From assembly GCA_032718475.1 (NCBI GenBank), contig JAUCBJ010002540.1:1-40864 (forward strand): a DNA stretch of 40,864 nucleotides, in the 5' to 3' direction. The stretch is from Nemertoderma westbladi (taxonomy: Eukaryota > Animalia > Xenacoelomorpha). The notes under the pieces were generated by a model, which saw nothing but the letters and a program-made list of their open reading frames with translations, was not told where the DNA came from and did no database searches. A program made the translations under genes and the position numbers. Position 1 is the stretch's first letter. Each line of letters begins with the position of its first letter. Shown here one piece after another: positions 38,086 through 40,864 of the stretch.

Positions 38086-38721
38086 ACTGATGTTTGATAT
38101 ATTATTACAAGTTTAAATTTCTGGCTAAGGCCAACTATGTGCAGGATCAATCTGACTGGTACACTGGTACCGTTACTAAACTAAGGTATGTTTGCCTGCT
38201 GTTTACCACATCCGACCCTTGCATTTTTTGACTATGTTTGTTATTGTTCTTTATTGTAATTGGATATTTAACCAAATCACATCATTAAGGAGAAAATTGA
38301 ATGTACTAATAATTGATAACATAATTAATATAATTAATAATTAAAGAAAGCTAGCAATAATGTACAATGTAAACATCTCTATCAAATACCTTTATCCAGT
38401 GGTATTTACCACATGGTTGCCTTTCGTACGCCTTCTGAATTCTGAAAGCAACCAACTTGTCACACCAACCCACTTGTCACACCAAATGCCCTGTGACATT
38501 CCTGCCACTTTATATTATACACTTGATGCCGTCACTAAATATTAACCAATCAAATAACTCCATTAATGTAACTTTAATAATAATTTATTATACATTATAG
38601 AAGGCTTAATTATAAGAAACTGTCTTCTACTGTTTGAAAGTGGCATTTTACTTCGTATTTATGAAGTAATTCGCATATCCTATTTATTTCACATTAATTT
38701 ATCTTTACTTGTCCCTCAGAA

Positions 38722-38764
38722 CAGTAAGCAAAAGTGCAACTCAGTAAGCAGAAGTGCAACTCAG
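38722..38764. repeat. 20-bp tandem duplication
   Basis: CAGTAAGCA(A/G)AAGTGCAACT occurs twice. Confidence 0.8.
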
Positions 38765-38987
38765 AGTGTATGGGGTTTGCATTCTGATAATCTTATGCAG
38801 GGAATTCATTTCTACATGCATATCCGTCAGTCTAAAAACGGACGGCACCACAAAACCAATGACATTTTTTTATTCCATAACAGACTGTGCAGAACTGTAG
38901 AAGTTTCAACTGCAGTTCACACAGCCATACCTTCCTTATCGACTTTCACCTAATATATACATTTTAAAGATGCAACATACAATTACA

Positions 38988-39575
38988 TACTACTACTACT
39001 ACGATTGGCATGCTGCATTGCAGCTGCATTATAAATATATATTACATATATATTAAGAATGCTGTGCCGGTTTGTCGACAAAATTGCGCAGCCACAATTC
39101 CCTATCACCCATGACATTTGCTGAATCATCCGCATCTTCAAGGCCAGTGTCCTTTAAGATGCGTCTCAAGAAAGTCATGGGCTGTCTACCATGCTTATTC
39201 ACTCCATGAGGCTGCCAAAGTACAAGATTATGCACTGGCTGGTCCTCACGGCGAAAGCAATGTCCTGCAAAGCGGAGACGATTTTGTTTTAGTGTCAAGC
39301 TCGGGGGAACCAATGAGACACCTCCAATGTTATATAGTGTCTGGTTGGAGATGTGTGCATTGTACTTGACACAATGAACCCGGCGTAGCATTCTTTTGAA
39401 TGTGCCATCCAGAGATTTGGTGTCCTCAGCAGTTAGAGCCCGGCATGACTCCCATATAAGAGTATTGGTACTACTGTTGCCATAAATAGTCGAACCGTAA
39501 GGTTCCGTTTTATTCTATGGGACTTCCAAATCCTGGACAGACTATTTAACGCTTCCCATGCCTTCCCCTTACCCT
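38988..39575 (-). mobile_element. Third copy of the RTE family, 3' ~590 bp, inverted
   Basis: ORF 39053..39391 is nearly identical to the C-terminus of the 22.5-kb copy. It has the same 3' UTR (AATGCAGCTGCAATGCAGCATGCC) and a (GTA)5 tail seen as (TAC)5 at 38988-39002. An AT-rich insert follows the stop codon. Confidence 0.95.
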
Positions 39576-40599
39576 TATCCGATATGTATATGTTTATATG
39601 TTATTAAAATGAATCACTAGTTATCCTACTATATTTTCAACATGCAATCAGCCGTTATTTGTTTAGATTTTCCACCGGAGAGGGAAAAATTATGATTGCA
39701 TCGAAAGTCCTCATCCAAATAAGGCGGGGCAGATTGTCATTGACTTGTACAGAAAACGCAAAAGTTTAATATTATAGTTTCTCATTCATAAGAAGATGGA
39801 GAATTGAAGAATTGAATTTATGAGCGATACATATACATACAGCCCTTTTCAGCACATAGCAAACTTGAGAAAACTGGAATTCATCTTAGAACTGTCCATT
39901 ATTGTATACTACTGGTCACACCATTTCCTCATCTCTATCGATTCACCATCATAAGTGCATTTTTATAAAGCAAGTCGATAACGTTATGGATAATTCCCAT
40001 TGCGAATTTTTATGTGAGAGAAAGGCGGCGTAGGATGGGGAAAAAACATCAAAGGTGATCGCGTTCAATTCAAACCAGTTTGGAAATGGTGCATTAGTTT
40101 CGTAACGAGAATGAATAAGGACTGTGTGATAAAACAAGTAACAGGTTGCACACGAACCTACCAAACCAAAGGAAGCATCCTCAATCACTGGCAACTCCTA
40201 CAATAACTGGATTATAAAACGTGACCGTTCAAAGGAACCAAATAATTGCACTTATCCCCAAATGAATTGTAAGGCTTTGCATAAATCCTTGGTTTTACAC
40301 TTGACTGCTTTGATGTGCCAATCTTTTGGTACCTAGGCCTCCTACTGCATAGTAATAGAGGGAGTGATTTGGTTCTAATTTATCAGCCAGTCTGTCGTTG
40401 TCTCCAGACTGTCTGGTTCAATATTCATTCATTCCCTGATTGCACTTCGAATTGGTGTATTCCCCTAAAGATTCCATAATGGCTGCATTAAACACATTTC
40501 ATTTTACCTAATAACTTCATCCGAACCAGTTTGCATTTTATTACAATTATGTTGCAATGAACATTTAATTAATATTTATTCATTGTGTTTATATTTATT

Positions 40600-40864
40600 A
40601 TGGTGTTGGAGTCGTAATTCATTGTGTTGGAGTCGTAATTCATTGTGTTGGAGTCGTAATTCATTGTGTTGGAGTCGTAATTCATGGTGTTGGAGTCGTA
40701 ATTCATTGTCTTGGAGTCGTAATTCATTGTGTTGGAGTCGTAATTCATTGTGTTGGAGTCGTAATTCATTGTGTTGGAGTCGTAATTCATTGTGTTGGAG
40801 TCGTAATTCATTGTCTTGGAGTCGTAATTCATTGTGTTGGAGTCGTAATTCATTGTCTTGGAGT
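40600..40864. repeat. 21-bp tandem repeat TTGGAGTCGTAATTCATTGTG, >=12 units, running off the window end
   Basis: Directly visible. It explains the MNYDSNT ORF. Confidence 0.96.

Noticed and set aside
35119-38545. Short ORFs (35119..35484, 35923..36168, 36268..36513, 36935..37222, 37110..37468, 37727..37912, 38360..38545)
   Set aside because: They are chance ORFs, antisense frames of RTE fragments or repeat translations, with no domain signatures.
39860-40560. Possible decayed coding or LINE sequence (ORF 39949..40194)
   Set aside because: Only vague resemblance and multiple stops in neighbouring frames. It cannot be supported without a homology search.
40569-40853. (MNYDSNT)n ORF
   Set aside because: It is the translation of the 21-bp tandem repeat, which is truncated by the window edge, with no evidence of coding function.

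Overview
AT-rich animal-type genomic DNA (probably invertebrate), about 70% tandem repeat. It holds one credible host gene, a minus-strand class A (rhodopsin-like) GPCR. The ORF track shows only its large exon (true acceptor at 10227/10226). I found a matching first coding exon at 34011-34119, and splicing the two restores a canonical TM1 (…IMLPIIIVT-G-LNGNMLVL…) in a 392-aa protein. The predicted ~23.8-kb intron is filled by a LINE 3' fragment, a 37-bp array, a ~20.6-kb 27-bp satellite and a 50-bp array. A 5'-truncated but uninterrupted RTE-clade reverse transcriptase has inserted into the 27-bp satellite, with a (TAG)n tail and a 23-bp target-site duplication, at the unit variant that forms a perfect hairpin. 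Two more copies of this RTE lie at 36.3 and 39.0 kb. A 7.1-kb 36-bp minisatellite with higher-order duplication lies downstream of the GPCR. Several smaller arrays and a palindrome-rich MITE-like element lie upstream. The huge repetitive ORFs are satellite reading-frame artefacts, and there is no CRISPR or prokaryotic system. All calls are by eye, without database searches.
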